64,000 nucleotides of DNA from assembly GCA_000002435.2 (NCBI GenBank), contig CM018793.1. The stretch is one strand, 5' to 3'. Made by a program: the position numbers and the translations under genes. Below are positions 37,741 to 46,928 of the stretch, in pieces. A model generated the notes under the pieces. That model had not been told where the DNA came from. It worked only from the letters and a program-made list of their open reading frames with translations, and searched no databases. The stretch comes from Giardia intestinalis. Taxonomy: Eukaryota. Each line of letters opens with the position of its first letter. Position 1 is the stretch's first letter.

Positions 37741-39525
37741 ATGAATCCTGCCATAATACCAAAAGAGACTTTTCGTGCGTCATTGACCCGCGTTCTACGA
37801 CGAACAGCTAATGTGCAGAAAGCCGTTCGCCAACAGCAGCAGGATCTGCGATCTGATCTCGGGGCTTGTGTGCAACCACTAGGCCTGACCCAGGTGACAG
37901 GCCTCCCTCCATCAGATCCTGTAGAACCTGTTTCCAGAGTAGACACATATCAGCAAGCAGCCCCGGTAATGGTACAAGAGCCACAAGAACGGATTTTGAA
38001 GGGGCACCAGGCACCACTCATTCAGCCATCAACAGATGATAACCTCTTTATATTAGTCCATGTCACAGATTTATATCTTGCCCAGGGGCTCCAGGCATTG
38101 GCACCTAATCAGATATTGAACAAACTGCGGTTGTACGTTAAGTCGCCACCCAACACTGAGGAAGAGCTCACTCCAGAGAAATCTGTATATCTGGTAGAAC
38201 ATACCAAGCTGAAAACACTAGAGCTGTCCCTCATAGCAGAGCTTGAGACAGCCACAGGAGCACTTGACTTTCAGCTTGGCGCTGCTTATATTGATGTTGC
38301 CAGGACAATACATCCTGTGCTATATAAAATAGACGAGTATGGTGAACGAAGGAACGCCTTTTCACGCCGTAGAGTCAACGTCCTCTTCTCTGAAGTGGTT
38401 CCGATCCATGCTGTTACCATATCAAGTAACTATGCTGGTAGGACCGATGCAATCCAGGGCAATCTTCTAATAGGTGCTGCAGATATCTCTATCCTTTGCG
38501 GTGGCCAGCCCCTGTTAGAGTATGAGCAATCTCTGAGATCTAAGCCCTGCATCTACCTTGACATGGCAAGATATAATCCTTCAGTGAAAAAGGCAAGTAA
38601 GTCTGTCTGCTGTTCGCTAGAAACCCATGCTGACATAGAAGCATATCGTGAACTAGCATTGGGTAGGCGGACTGCACTGATGCAGGGGAAAGGTGAGGCT
38701 ACTTCCAAGCCAATACTTGGATCTAAGCAGCCAGACATGCACAAAGTTGCTGCAGTTTGTTTCGTCGCTAAGGTATCACGAGTCTTCTTCAGGAACCTTG
38801 GCCCTGTGGAACGGATCTACGCTGTAGCAACACTTCAGCCCACAGCAGAATTGGCAGCAATTATAGGGTACAAGCTTACTCAGGTGCACAAGCTTACAAA
38901 GGAGTTACGAGAACCAGGAACATCGACGGCCATACACACAGTACCATATGATCGGGAAGAGCACGGGCTTGTTTATGCAGACACGACACTGACTATTTCA
39001 CGAAAACTGGCACTTATACCAACGAACATTAACTATCTACTACATGGCTCTTTTTCTCTATCTATTTTCGGATTCCTTGCCGGTAATTCGAGAAAGATCT
39101 TTTTGGGGTCTGTGGACATCCCCCTCGCAGAGTGTTATTCTTCTGGAATAGTGATAGGGGGCTGGTTCACATTGAGCAATACGTCATACGACGGTTATAT
39201 CTATGCTGAAGCATCCATCAATAGGTCAACCAACCAAGGAAACGAGAACTGGAATTCGGCAGAGGCCGCAGAGCCGCCCACTTTTGCCCCACCAGCCTTT
39301 TCTGTGTATACCGTACCGCCCAGAGTGTCTTCATCGCCTAGACCAGCTATTCAACTCCTCAATCACGTGGCTAATGTGGCCTCTGGTATTGTCCCCCAAG
39401 TCTCAACCCAACCCCTCAAGGAACCTGTAAGCGTTAGTGTTCCGTTACTGAAGCCTGATGCTGGTGTATATGAAGAGATAGGAAGCATTGTTTCCGGCTT
39501 GAACAATCTCTTTGTGAACTTTTAA
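37741..39525 (+). CDS. hypothetical protein (594 aa)
   Basis: ATG at 37741 behind ttttttaaac. No recognisable domain. Pro/Ser-rich C-terminal region. Confidence 0.5.
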   Translation: MNPAIIPKETFRASLTRVLRRTANVQKAVRQQQQDLRSDLGACVQPLGLTQVTGLPPSDPVEPVSRVDTYQQAAPVMVQEPQERILKGHQAPLIQPSTDDNLFILVHVTDLYLAQGLQALAPNQILNKLRLYVKSPPNTEEELTPEKSVYLVEHTKLKTLELSLIAELETATGALDFQLGAAYIDVARTIHPVLYKIDEYGERRNAFSRRRVNVLFSEVVPIHAVTISSNYAGRTDAIQGNLLIGAADISILCGGQPLLEYEQSLRSKPCIYLDMARYNPSVKKASKSVCCSLETHADIEAYRELALGRRTALMQGKGEATSKPILGSKQPDMHKVAAVCFVAKVSRVFFRNLGPVERIYAVATLQPTAELAAIIGYKLTQVHKLTKELREPGTSTAIHTVPYDREEHGLVYADTTLTISRKLALIPTNINYLLHGSFSLSIFGFLAGNSRKIFLGSVDIPLAECYSSGIVIGGWFTLSNTSYDGYIYAEASINRSTNQGNENWNSAEAAEPPTFAPPAFSVYTVPPRVSSSPRPAIQLLNHVANVASGIVPQVSTQPLKEPVSVSVPLLKPDAGVYEEIGSIVSGLNNLFVNF

Positions 39526-39636
39526 ATCTGAGATTGTCAATGTACTTTCCCCGTATCAATGGATATACTTATGACACTGGATTCAGAAGTAGGAACTGGC
39601 ACAAGTGCAATTTACTGCACGCGTCTCTGAGAATAT

Positions 39637-41745
39637 CTAAACCTCTGTGGGAACGATGAAGGAGCTAATTCGAGGGATGTGTAAGGCCTCTTCCATGACC
39701 GTCTCTCTACGAGACTCTTGGTAGAATCTGCAAAAATCACCAGCATTTCGCAGTGCATCCTGAAGAAGGTGTGCCTTAGGCTTTTCGTCCTCGGCACTTC
39801 CAAGGTTCTTACTTTCGATGTCAATGGCAGACGCAGCGAGTTCTAAAAGTGTTGCGACCTCTGAGCCCTGAAAACCGAAAAGGCACGGATTCCACTGCGT
39901 CATGCTCAGCGGAAGCCACAGCTTCAGGTCGTTGCTTAAACCCAGGACCACCCATATCAACAGGTCTTTCTCTTCGACTACATCGTATCCTCTACGAGCC
40001 ACATCTAAGGCCTTAGCGTTGTGACGCCCATCAAATAGTGCCATTTCCTTGCGAGTGAAACGATAGCGCAACCTAATGTCTACCGGCTCCATGACCAATG
40101 CAACGCTGTCAATAGCAATGAAGGGAATGAAGAGGTTTGGTGTCTTATTGCCAAAGAAATAACAGAGGCCCTCATCAATATTGTGTACTGATGAATAGTC
40201 TAGCGCGAAAACATTCGATGGATAGAACCCCCGAAGATTGCAACATATTGATTGTCTGATACTTTGCTCAACAATACGGCAGTGAGTGTACAGGAAAGAA
40301 GCCGGAAAGAATGTAGCGAATCCTAATGCAGCAATAAGCATGGTGACGTACGGCGCCCAAGACTCGGGGCAGATTAGAAAAATAGGCGGGAAGAAGGAGT
40401 GCATGGAGAGCGAAACCGGATACAAAAGGAGAAGAAAAGTAACCGCCCCCAAGGCTGACACAAGGCCCTTGTACGTTTCTGGGGAAATTCGTTGCCTACG
40501 AAGATATTTAGAGTGACCACACTCCGAGGGCATCTGTCGAGGTAAAGACGAGGCCATGAGACAACTGGCATCAAACACAAGGCTTTGAATGTCGGTAGAG
40601 GTCGTCTGCATTTGGCTGTTACTATATCCAGAGGCTACAAGGAAAAGCAAAACCTCAATGAGTATGGCGAGCGTGGCAGTACTGATGAAAGTGTGACTAT
40701 ACGTCTTAAGTGACGGGATTAGTGTGCAAATGAGCGGTGTCCAAATAAGGACTTGAAGTAGTATTAGTGTCACATAGTTGAAGACAATAGAGGTCGTCGA
40801 CTTCAACTTCAAGATGGGGGGTATATGTGTCGATGCCCTCAAACTAGGGGATGCGTCGGGAAATCCATAATTTTCCATCTGAGTGTAATTTGACGGAAGT
40901 GCCTCCAAGATAGAGTATTTGTGCTGCTTGACATTAGATATAGTCGTCACAGAAAAGCTACAATATTGAGGGTTTTCTATGATCTCCTTTTGCAGAAACG
41001 TAACAACCGCGTCTATTGAGCCTGTGATTTGCTGTCGCAAATTAAACCACTGTACATTCTTCTGGCCCATGAACTTGAAGCCAGGCATAGGGTCTTTGGT
41101 TTTAAATAGGTCTGCGGGTGCCACGGGAAGATCTGAAAATCTTGGCTTACGTGCAGGCAGATTGATCTCAGCTGTTTCTATTGTCGTCTTTTGGGGAGCT
41201 GAGGAATTGGTGGTGCCTTCAGAGGATGGTACTGAACCAGCTGTTGGAGTTGCACTCTGAGAACGAGCTTTTTCCAGCTCATCACGCTTAACCACTGAGA
41301 GGGCAGTTGCAATCTGAGTGCTTCCACGACCATAGTTCTCGTCCATCTCAAGAAACTGTTCACTAGTCCCTGATCTACAGCTTTGGAACGGAACGTTTTC
41401 CAGAACATCCACAACTGCAGCATCCGTTTGCAGTGTTGTTCCGCTTGCTGTAAGAGGCCCTTGTGCACTTTTTAGTTGCTCCTGAAAACTCCCAGCATCT
41501 TGAGTTTCATTATTCTTCATATCCATGACTTGAGTAACAGATACCCCTTCAGTTGCTGTAGCAAACGGCTCTGAGTAGTCCAGGTTATTATAGTACCCTG
41601 CACCATCGTCAGCAGTTTCATACCCATGGGGTCCAATGTAGTGTGTAAGCTTTGGTTCAGCTCCTGGTGAGATTATGGACGTGACGTCTGCAGTATCATA
41701 GGTCGTCCTCGAAGTGTATCCTGAATCAGAGACATCTGCATCCAT
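39637..41745 (-). CDS. hypothetical polytopic membrane protein (702 aa)
   Basis: The track start at 41754 is a GTG; the first ATG is 41745-41743 (MDADVSDSGYTS...). Hydrophilic Ser/Thr-rich N-terminal third, then at least five hydrophobic helices (IVFNYVTLILLQVLIWTPLICTLI, ATLAILIEVLLFLVASGY, GAVTFLLLLYPVSL, PPIFLICPESWAPYVTMLIAALGFATFF). Confidence 0.5.
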   Translation of the reverse strand: MDADVSDSGYTSRTTYDTADVTSIISPGAEPKLTHYIGPHGYETADDGAGYYNNLDYSEPFATATEGVSVTQVMDMKNNETQDAGSFQEQLKSAQGPLTASGTTLQTDAAVVDVLENVPFQSCRSGTSEQFLEMDENYGRGSTQIATALSVVKRDELEKARSQSATPTAGSVPSSEGTTNSSAPQKTTIETAEINLPARKPRFSDLPVAPADLFKTKDPMPGFKFMGQKNVQWFNLRQQITGSIDAVVTFLQKEIIENPQYCSFSVTTISNVKQHKYSILEALPSNYTQMENYGFPDASPSLRASTHIPPILKLKSTTSIVFNYVTLILLQVLIWTPLICTLIPSLKTYSHTFISTATLAILIEVLLFLVASGYSNSQMQTTSTDIQSLVFDASCLMASSLPRQMPSECGHSKYLRRQRISPETYKGLVSALGAVTFLLLLYPVSLSMHSFFPPIFLICPESWAPYVTMLIAALGFATFFPASFLYTHCRIVEQSIRQSICCNLRGFYPSNVFALDYSSVHNIDEGLCYFFGNKTPNLFIPFIAIDSVALVMEPVDIRLRYRFTRKEMALFDGRHNAKALDVARRGYDVVEEKDLLIWVVLGLSNDLKLWLPLSMTQWNPCLFGFQGSEVATLLELAASAIDIESKNLGSAEDEKPKAHLLQDALRNAGDFCRFYQESRRETVMEEALHIPRISSFIVPTEV

Positions 41746-41862
41746 GTCGGCCACGGCGAATTTCTAGTTATAGAGATTATCGTAAATACTACAGTTGCCT
41801 CTACAGTAAAGTACCTTTGCATCCATAAAAACCTCTAAACTAAAATCAGTAAAAAGGGGACT

Positions 41863-43938
41863 ATGGAGAATTGTTCGCGAGTGTCCTCATATCCAAAGAT
41901 TGCTCACACCTCAACAGATGGCCCCATTACTTATGTTATTGGGCACAAAAATCCAGACAGTGACAGCGTTCTATCCGCCATATCGTATACAGCCCTACTA
42001 AGGCAGCTATACCCGCAGAACTTTTATGTTGCTGCCGCTGCGGGCCCAATCACGGCCCAGACACGCTATATTCTGGACCGCTTCAAGATGGATCATCCGG
42101 AAATAGTTCTAGACATCACGCCCAAGGCCGGTGCGTTTGCACGCCCTAACCTAATAACCATCAACGAGACAGACAGCATAGTCCGCGCCTTGGAGCTTTA
42201 TGCCAAGTTTCAGTTCAAGGTCATCCCCGTGGTGAACGCCGAAGGCTCATTTGGCGGGTTTCTCTCCTTGACGGATATCTTTAGTGCCTTTCTCCGGCCG
42301 CGTACTGAACGAGAACTTCGGATGGTTTATACAAGCGTGGGATCTATCCTGAATGCAGTGAGGGGGAAGTATCTCGGAAAGGTATCCCTTGTGAATGACG
42401 TGCCCACTCACCGGCTCATTTACACGCTCTCTATTAGCTACTCGTCTTTCATCGAGCTCACTGCCTCTATGACCCCTGAAGACTGGAAGATAGGCATCTT
42501 TGTCGTTGGATACCACATAAACATGATTCGATACCTAGTAGAGAAGTCGGCCGGGGTCATAATTATCTCTAAGGAGAGCAAAATCAACCTGATGACCGAT
42601 GATTACCAGGGCATAGACTTCTGTAGCGATTCCGAAAACGATATGGACGACGTTGACAGCCAGAGTCACGAGCTCGGCGTTTGTTTGCATGGAAGCGGCA
42701 TTGGCGACATGGAATCTAGTCGCAACTCTGCTGTGCTGAACGTTTCCTTCTCTGAGGACTCCTCACACATGGTGATTAAGCCAGACGACTGCCTTAATTT
42801 ATCTGGGTACAACAGTTCGTCGCACAATGTTCATGACGCCGGAGAGGTTGCAAGTATTGGCGAGGCCAATCTACACACTTTCAGCAAAAAGCGCAAGGCT
42901 CTTCCTGATGATCTGGTGAAGGCCATAAATGAGTCATCGACCACTGTCATAGTGACCCCGCTTGCAGTGTCCTCTACCACACTTCTAGTGAAACAATCTA
43001 CGCCCATAACAGAATACATCAATCGTGACCAGAGTCTTGTTGTCAACGAAAACGCGAAGCTCTCTGACGTAAGGGCAAAACTCAATACGGCAAAGCACGC
43101 TCATGCTATCTGTGTTGTGGACAAGGCGAACAATCGCCCTATAGGCGTCATCACTAGAATGGATCTCCTCAAGTCTAAGATGCGCAGAGTAATTCTGATG
43201 GACCACAACGAATTTAGCCAGTCCGTTGATGGCATCAAGAGTGATGGAGTGGAAGTTGTGGAGATCGTCGACCATCATCGCCTGGGGACAAACACCACGG
43301 TAACTCCCATTAAGATGACCGTCCGTACAGTTGGGAGTACATGCACTATTGTTGCAGGGATGTACAAGGAGTATGGTATAGTTCCATCAATAGAGGTCGC
43401 TAGCCTCCTTCTCAGTGGGATAATGTGCGACACATTGATCTTGCGGTCTCCTACGACAACGCGAATAGATGTCGTCACAGCCGAACACCTAGCAAAGCTA
43501 ACAGGACTACGAATTCAAGAATTAGGACCCTCAATCTTCAACGCGACATCGCCCTTAGTTAACTGCGAAGATAAAGTGAAGCTTATTAAGACAGACTACA
43601 AACTCTACACAGTTGATGGGACAGATAAAAACATTTCAGTTGCCCAGGTGGAAACAACCTCTTTAGAAGCTCTCACGCCCACTCTAATAAAGGAGCTCCA
43701 GGAAACATTGATGGATTTGCGTAAAGTAGAGAAGCTATGGGCGATTGCCCTTTTGATCACAGACGTAGTTACATCCAACTCTATCCTCATGTGCGAAGGA
43801 CCTATCGAGATAAAGGATGTCATGGGATATCCTAATTATGAAGATTACGACATGCTTTTCGAAATGAAGGGCGTGGTTTCCAGAAAGAAGCAGTTGCTGC
43901 CTCACCTTATGACAGTGCTTCCTCTTGCTGTGAATTGA
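41863..43938 (+). CDS. ppaC-like: family II (Mn-dependent, DHH/DHHA2) inorganic pyrophosphatase with internal CBS-domain pair (CBS-PPase), bacterial-type
   Basis: ATG at 41863 behind aaatcagtaaaaaggggact. DHH motif I VIGHKNPDSDSVLSAISY (Bacillus PpaC LIFGHQNPDTDTICSAIAY). Motifs ILMDHNEFSQS and VVEIVDHHRLG (PpaC LVDHNERQQS, VLEVIDHHRI). GSTCTIVAGMYKEYGI and LLSGIMCDTLILRSPTTT. DHHA2 GVVSRKKQLLP (PpaC GVVSRKKQVVP, 8/8 identical). CBS-like segments and a roughly 110-aa low-complexity linker lie between DHH motifs II and III. Confidence 0.88.
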   Translation: MENCSRVSSYPKIAHTSTDGPITYVIGHKNPDSDSVLSAISYTALLRQLYPQNFYVAAAAGPITAQTRYILDRFKMDHPEIVLDITPKAGAFARPNLITINETDSIVRALELYAKFQFKVIPVVNAEGSFGGFLSLTDIFSAFLRPRTERELRMVYTSVGSILNAVRGKYLGKVSLVNDVPTHRLIYTLSISYSSFIELTASMTPEDWKIGIFVVGYHINMIRYLVEKSAGVIIISKESKINLMTDDYQGIDFCSDSENDMDDVDSQSHELGVCLHGSGIGDMESSRNSAVLNVSFSEDSSHMVIKPDDCLNLSGYNSSSHNVHDAGEVASIGEANLHTFSKKRKALPDDLVKAINESSTTVIVTPLAVSSTTLLVKQSTPITEYINRDQSLVVNENAKLSDVRAKLNTAKHAHAICVVDKANNRPIGVITRMDLLKSKMRRVILMDHNEFSQSVDGIKSDGVEVVEIVDHHRLGTNTTVTPIKMTVRTVGSTCTIVAGMYKEYGIVPSIEVASLLLSGIMCDTLILRSPTTTRIDVVTAEHLAKLTGLRIQELGPSIFNATSPLVNCEDKVKLIKTDYKLYTVDGTDKNISVAQVETTSLEALTPTLIKELQETLMDLRKVEKLWAIALLITDVVTSNSILMCEGPIEIKDVMGYPNYEDYDMLFEMKGVVSRKKQLLPHLMTVLPLAVN

Positions 43939-45841
43939 CACCCTCCTTCTTTTCGAAGACCCTTGAGGTTGTTAATGCGTATATCACTCCCAAAAGTCCG
44001 ACCATTAGGCATGCTCCTATGGTAAATACTATCATTAAGTAGGTCTCTTTGAACACGATCGTGGAGACTTTGTAGGGCACGTCATTAAAGAATATAACTG
44101 CAGAGAGTGTATTGCGGTAGTGCTGAAGACGGATTTCCTTAAGTAGATCCCAACAGTTGAGGCTTTTCGCAGGCATATAGTTTTTGCAAGTTATTGTGAT
44201 ATGTTTTTTCTGATAGAAGTATGTGTCTGGTATCGAAGTTGAGAGATAGAAATCGCCGAGAAGTACTTGGTCCTGGTACGTTTCGGTAAAAGGAAACTGC
44301 TCATAGAACTCCAACCGGATGTCGGTAATAGTGGATGTATAAGCGAGCTTTTCGTCAGTGTTGTTGAGCGCAGATGTGCAGACATTGATCTTTCTATCCT
44401 TTGTGCTCTCAGCCACTAGGTTGTTGATGGCGACAGTGTGAGAATAGTTTGGAAGCAGAAGAGAATAGCACGACGTTGTGGTTGTATACTTTATGAAATC
44501 TCTGAAAAAGAACTGTATGTAATTCGCATAAACAATAAGCTGCGGACGCATAAGGCAAGGAACATAGAGCGTCTTAACGTGGTGCAAAAGGTGAAAGATC
44601 TTTTTATCGCTTGCTTGAAATTTTGTTTGGATTGCGATAATAACGTTATCCATTGTTAGCTCTGTGGCTTTATAAGTATTTGATGTGAAAAACCTTTTCA
44701 GGTCGTACTCTACCCAGAAGACAGTATTGTAAAAGCCCCTGTTGGTACAGCTGGTGCTCAGTATTTGGAGTGGATTAGGCTCTACCGTCAGCTTATCTTG
44801 AAGAGACTCAGACAGATAGGTGTTGTTGTAGAACATTGTTAGGTTGGAACCTATAAGTGTACTTTTCACCGCAGTGTAGCACCAACTGGGCGCGTCGTCA
44901 CGAAAGAAATAATACTGACGCATACACCTGTCCATTATGATACCGTCTGTAGTCCAAAAGCAGGTGTAAACTAGATCAGACTGCGAGCACGAGCCAAACG
45001 ACGAAAAGGAAAGGCTTTGAATGTTGTCATTGTTAATGCTAACATCGCCTTCTTCATGAACAAGATAACCGGTGATATAGTCCAGGCGAATAGTGACGTT
45101 TGGAGTGTATCCATAGATTATAGAAGATGAAATATCGCAGTTTGAGGAGGAAGACACAAGGCTGGTGGTGCAGCTCGCACATACCTGTGTTATTGCCGTA
45201 TGATTATAGTATCTAAGTCCCAAGATGGGATCTGTTTGCAGAAAGTCGTCGTCAAGTGGTATAGTCACCGTCGTCTTATCGCTAATTACCCACGACATTG
45301 TTCCAGTGATGTTGCAAACCATAGGATGCTGCACACGCACGGGTAAGGGGATGTATCGAGGAATGAAGTGCATGCATGTCTTCGAAATGCCAGTAGCCAC
45401 ATCGGAATAGAGTACAAAGTAGGGGTCTGTCCACGACTTAGCCAAGTCATGGACCCGCGATACAGAGTGCAGAATGGGAATGCTGAAACCCTCGTCTTGA
45501 ATGTCCCTCATGAAGGATACGTAGAAAAGTTGAAGACCATCGAGCTCCTGCATACATTCAGGGTTCCCGCCTTCCATAATGTCTGTGCATGTAAAGCGAA
45601 GAGAAACTAGACTAGTAAAGGCTATATTTGTAAGCTCAACAAGAAAGCTCCACGTTCCTGCCTGAAGCCTGACGAGCATTCCGTCCGAGGGGAGGGAACA
45701 GTTGCCAACCTCCGGGACAAATACAATAGTGAGTAGACAGTAGGCAAGATCTTTATAGATGATGAGCTCGGAACTGTTAATTGGACAGAGAGACGAAAGG
45801 ATCCTGACACTAAGAAGAATAATGATAAGACATGCAAGCAT
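43907..45841 (-). CDS. hypothetical type I membrane glycoprotein-like protein (644 aa)
   Basis: ATG at 45841-45839. N-terminal signal peptide MLACLIIILLSVRILSSLC. Many N-x-S/T sites. Single C-terminal TM IVFTIGACLMVGLLGVIYAL, then a short cytosolic tail. The 3' end overlaps the convergent PPase gene by 32 nt. Confidence 0.55.
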   Translation of the reverse strand: MLACLIIILLSVRILSSLCPINSSELIIYKDLAYCLLTIVFVPEVGNCSLPSDGMLVRLQAGTWSFLVELTNIAFTSLVSLRFTCTDIMEGGNPECMQELDGLQLFYVSFMRDIQDEGFSIPILHSVSRVHDLAKSWTDPYFVLYSDVATGISKTCMHFIPRYIPLPVRVQHPMVCNITGTMSWVISDKTTVTIPLDDDFLQTDPILGLRYYNHTAITQVCASCTTSLVSSSSNCDISSSIIYGYTPNVTIRLDYITGYLVHEEGDVSINNDNIQSLSFSSFGSCSQSDLVYTCFWTTDGIIMDRCMRQYYFFRDDAPSWCYTAVKSTLIGSNLTMFYNNTYLSESLQDKLTVEPNPLQILSTSCTNRGFYNTVFWVEYDLKRFFTSNTYKATELTMDNVIIAIQTKFQASDKKIFHLLHHVKTLYVPCLMRPQLIVYANYIQFFFRDFIKYTTTTSCYSLLLPNYSHTVAINNLVAESTKDRKINVCTSALNNTDEKLAYTSTITDIRLEFYEQFPFTETYQDQVLLGDFYLSTSIPDTYFYQKKHITITCKNYMPAKSLNCWDLLKEIRLQHYRNTLSAVIFFNDVPYKVSTIVFKETYLMIVFTIGACLMVGLLGVIYALTTSRVFEKKEGVNSQQEEALS

Positions 45842-45950
45842 TTAGCACCTTGTCTTGATGTCGGTGTACCGGTTCTTTCAGAGCGGCTGCTCCAACCCAG
45901 TGCAAAAGTAGTTGGGCTTTAAAAAGTTTAATTACTCTTCCAGGCGCGCG

Positions 45951-46529
45951 ATGAACCTGGAGGACGTCCTGCGAGAGACACCCATGGAGACGTTAGAGCG
46001 TGTGCGACAGCGGCTTAGACAGGAAAGCACATCCACTAATGCTAAGGGAACCCTACCAAGACCAACCTTCGGCGATGGCACAGGACCTACCAGGGTGGGT
46101 AGTGTGATTGCTGACAGCATGCCAGTTATGCCAGAGATGGATTTAGCCACTATTCTTGAAGCTGCGGGAGTAGATACAACGAAGATGTCCTATGCAGCAG
46201 TTAATCTCGATCAGGGTGAGCGAGATAAGGAGAAGAGGAGCATTCTCACTCTTTCAAGTTTAGAGTACACAGCCGACGCTTTCCCCTTCATGGATGCTGA
46301 TAGCGTCGATGAATCTGTGATGCATCTTACTGCAATGCCCATTAAGAAGCCTACTCCTAAAAGGCGGTCAACACTACCCGCTGCTAGGTCATTTACTTCA
46401 TTGGGAGTGGCAGTCTCGGAGATCTTGAAAAACGTATCTCTCGAGGGCCCTCAGATATACTTTCAAACGTATACTACACTCAAACCATCCAATATATCTA
46501 TTTCAGATTGTGTGGAAGATAGCTTGTAA
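45951..46529 (+). CDS. small hypothetical protein (192 aa)
   Basis: The track start at 45912 is a TTG; the first ATG is 45951 (MNLEDVLRETPMETLERVRQRL...). The initiator context is GC-rich and atypical, hence the low confidence. Confidence 0.35.
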   Translation: MNLEDVLRETPMETLERVRQRLRQESTSTNAKGTLPRPTFGDGTGPTRVGSVIADSMPVMPEMDLATILEAAGVDTTKMSYAAVNLDQGERDKEKRSILTLSSLEYTADAFPFMDADSVDESVMHLTAMPIKKPTPKRRSTLPAARSFTSLGVAVSEILKNVSLEGPQIYFQTYTTLKPSNISISDCVEDSL

Positions 46530-46809
46530 ATTATTTTGACTGTTCATTGACCAAAAGATTAATCGATCGACAGTCATGAAGCAGGCGATAGTGGGATTTG
46601 CTTTAGCTACTTTAACTGTTGTCAGCGCTAAAACATCGGAGACTCCTGTAAGCTAACTCGAGACGCTCACGGCTTTAAAGCAATAGATGCACGAGTGCTC
46701 TGTAGTACTCTGCAATACTGGACTGTTTTCTATATTTTAGCAGGCCGTCTGCGCTGGTTGGTAGTGCGAGTTCTGTGCCCAGTGCCCGCCCCAGCACCTA
46801 GGTGCGGCG

Positions 46810-46895
46810 CGATCTGATGAGAGTAGAAACAAGGCAGAGACAAGTAGTTGGGCAAGATGTGCATCAAGTACTTGAGCTAGTAACAACTGAAGGGG
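46810..46895 (+). ncRNA. weak candidate C/D-box snoRNA-like element in a 400-bp spacer
   Basis: TGATGA (box C-like) at 46815-46820 and CTGA (box D-like) at 46887-46890, about 70 nt apart, inside an unusually long GC-rich intergenic region. No convincing terminal stem. Purely motif-based. Confidence 0.12.
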
Positions 46896-46928
46896 GTATT
46901 TTGCTGAAGCAGAGTAGGTAGATCAGCG

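Noticed and set aside
46814-46830. CUGAUGAG...GAAAC, resembling a hammerhead ribozyme core.
   Set aside because: Only 4 nt (AGUA) lie between CUGAUGAG and GAAAC, so no helix II can form. No flanking helix I/III complementarity or GUC cleavage site in the right register. I kept it only as a weak box-C motif.
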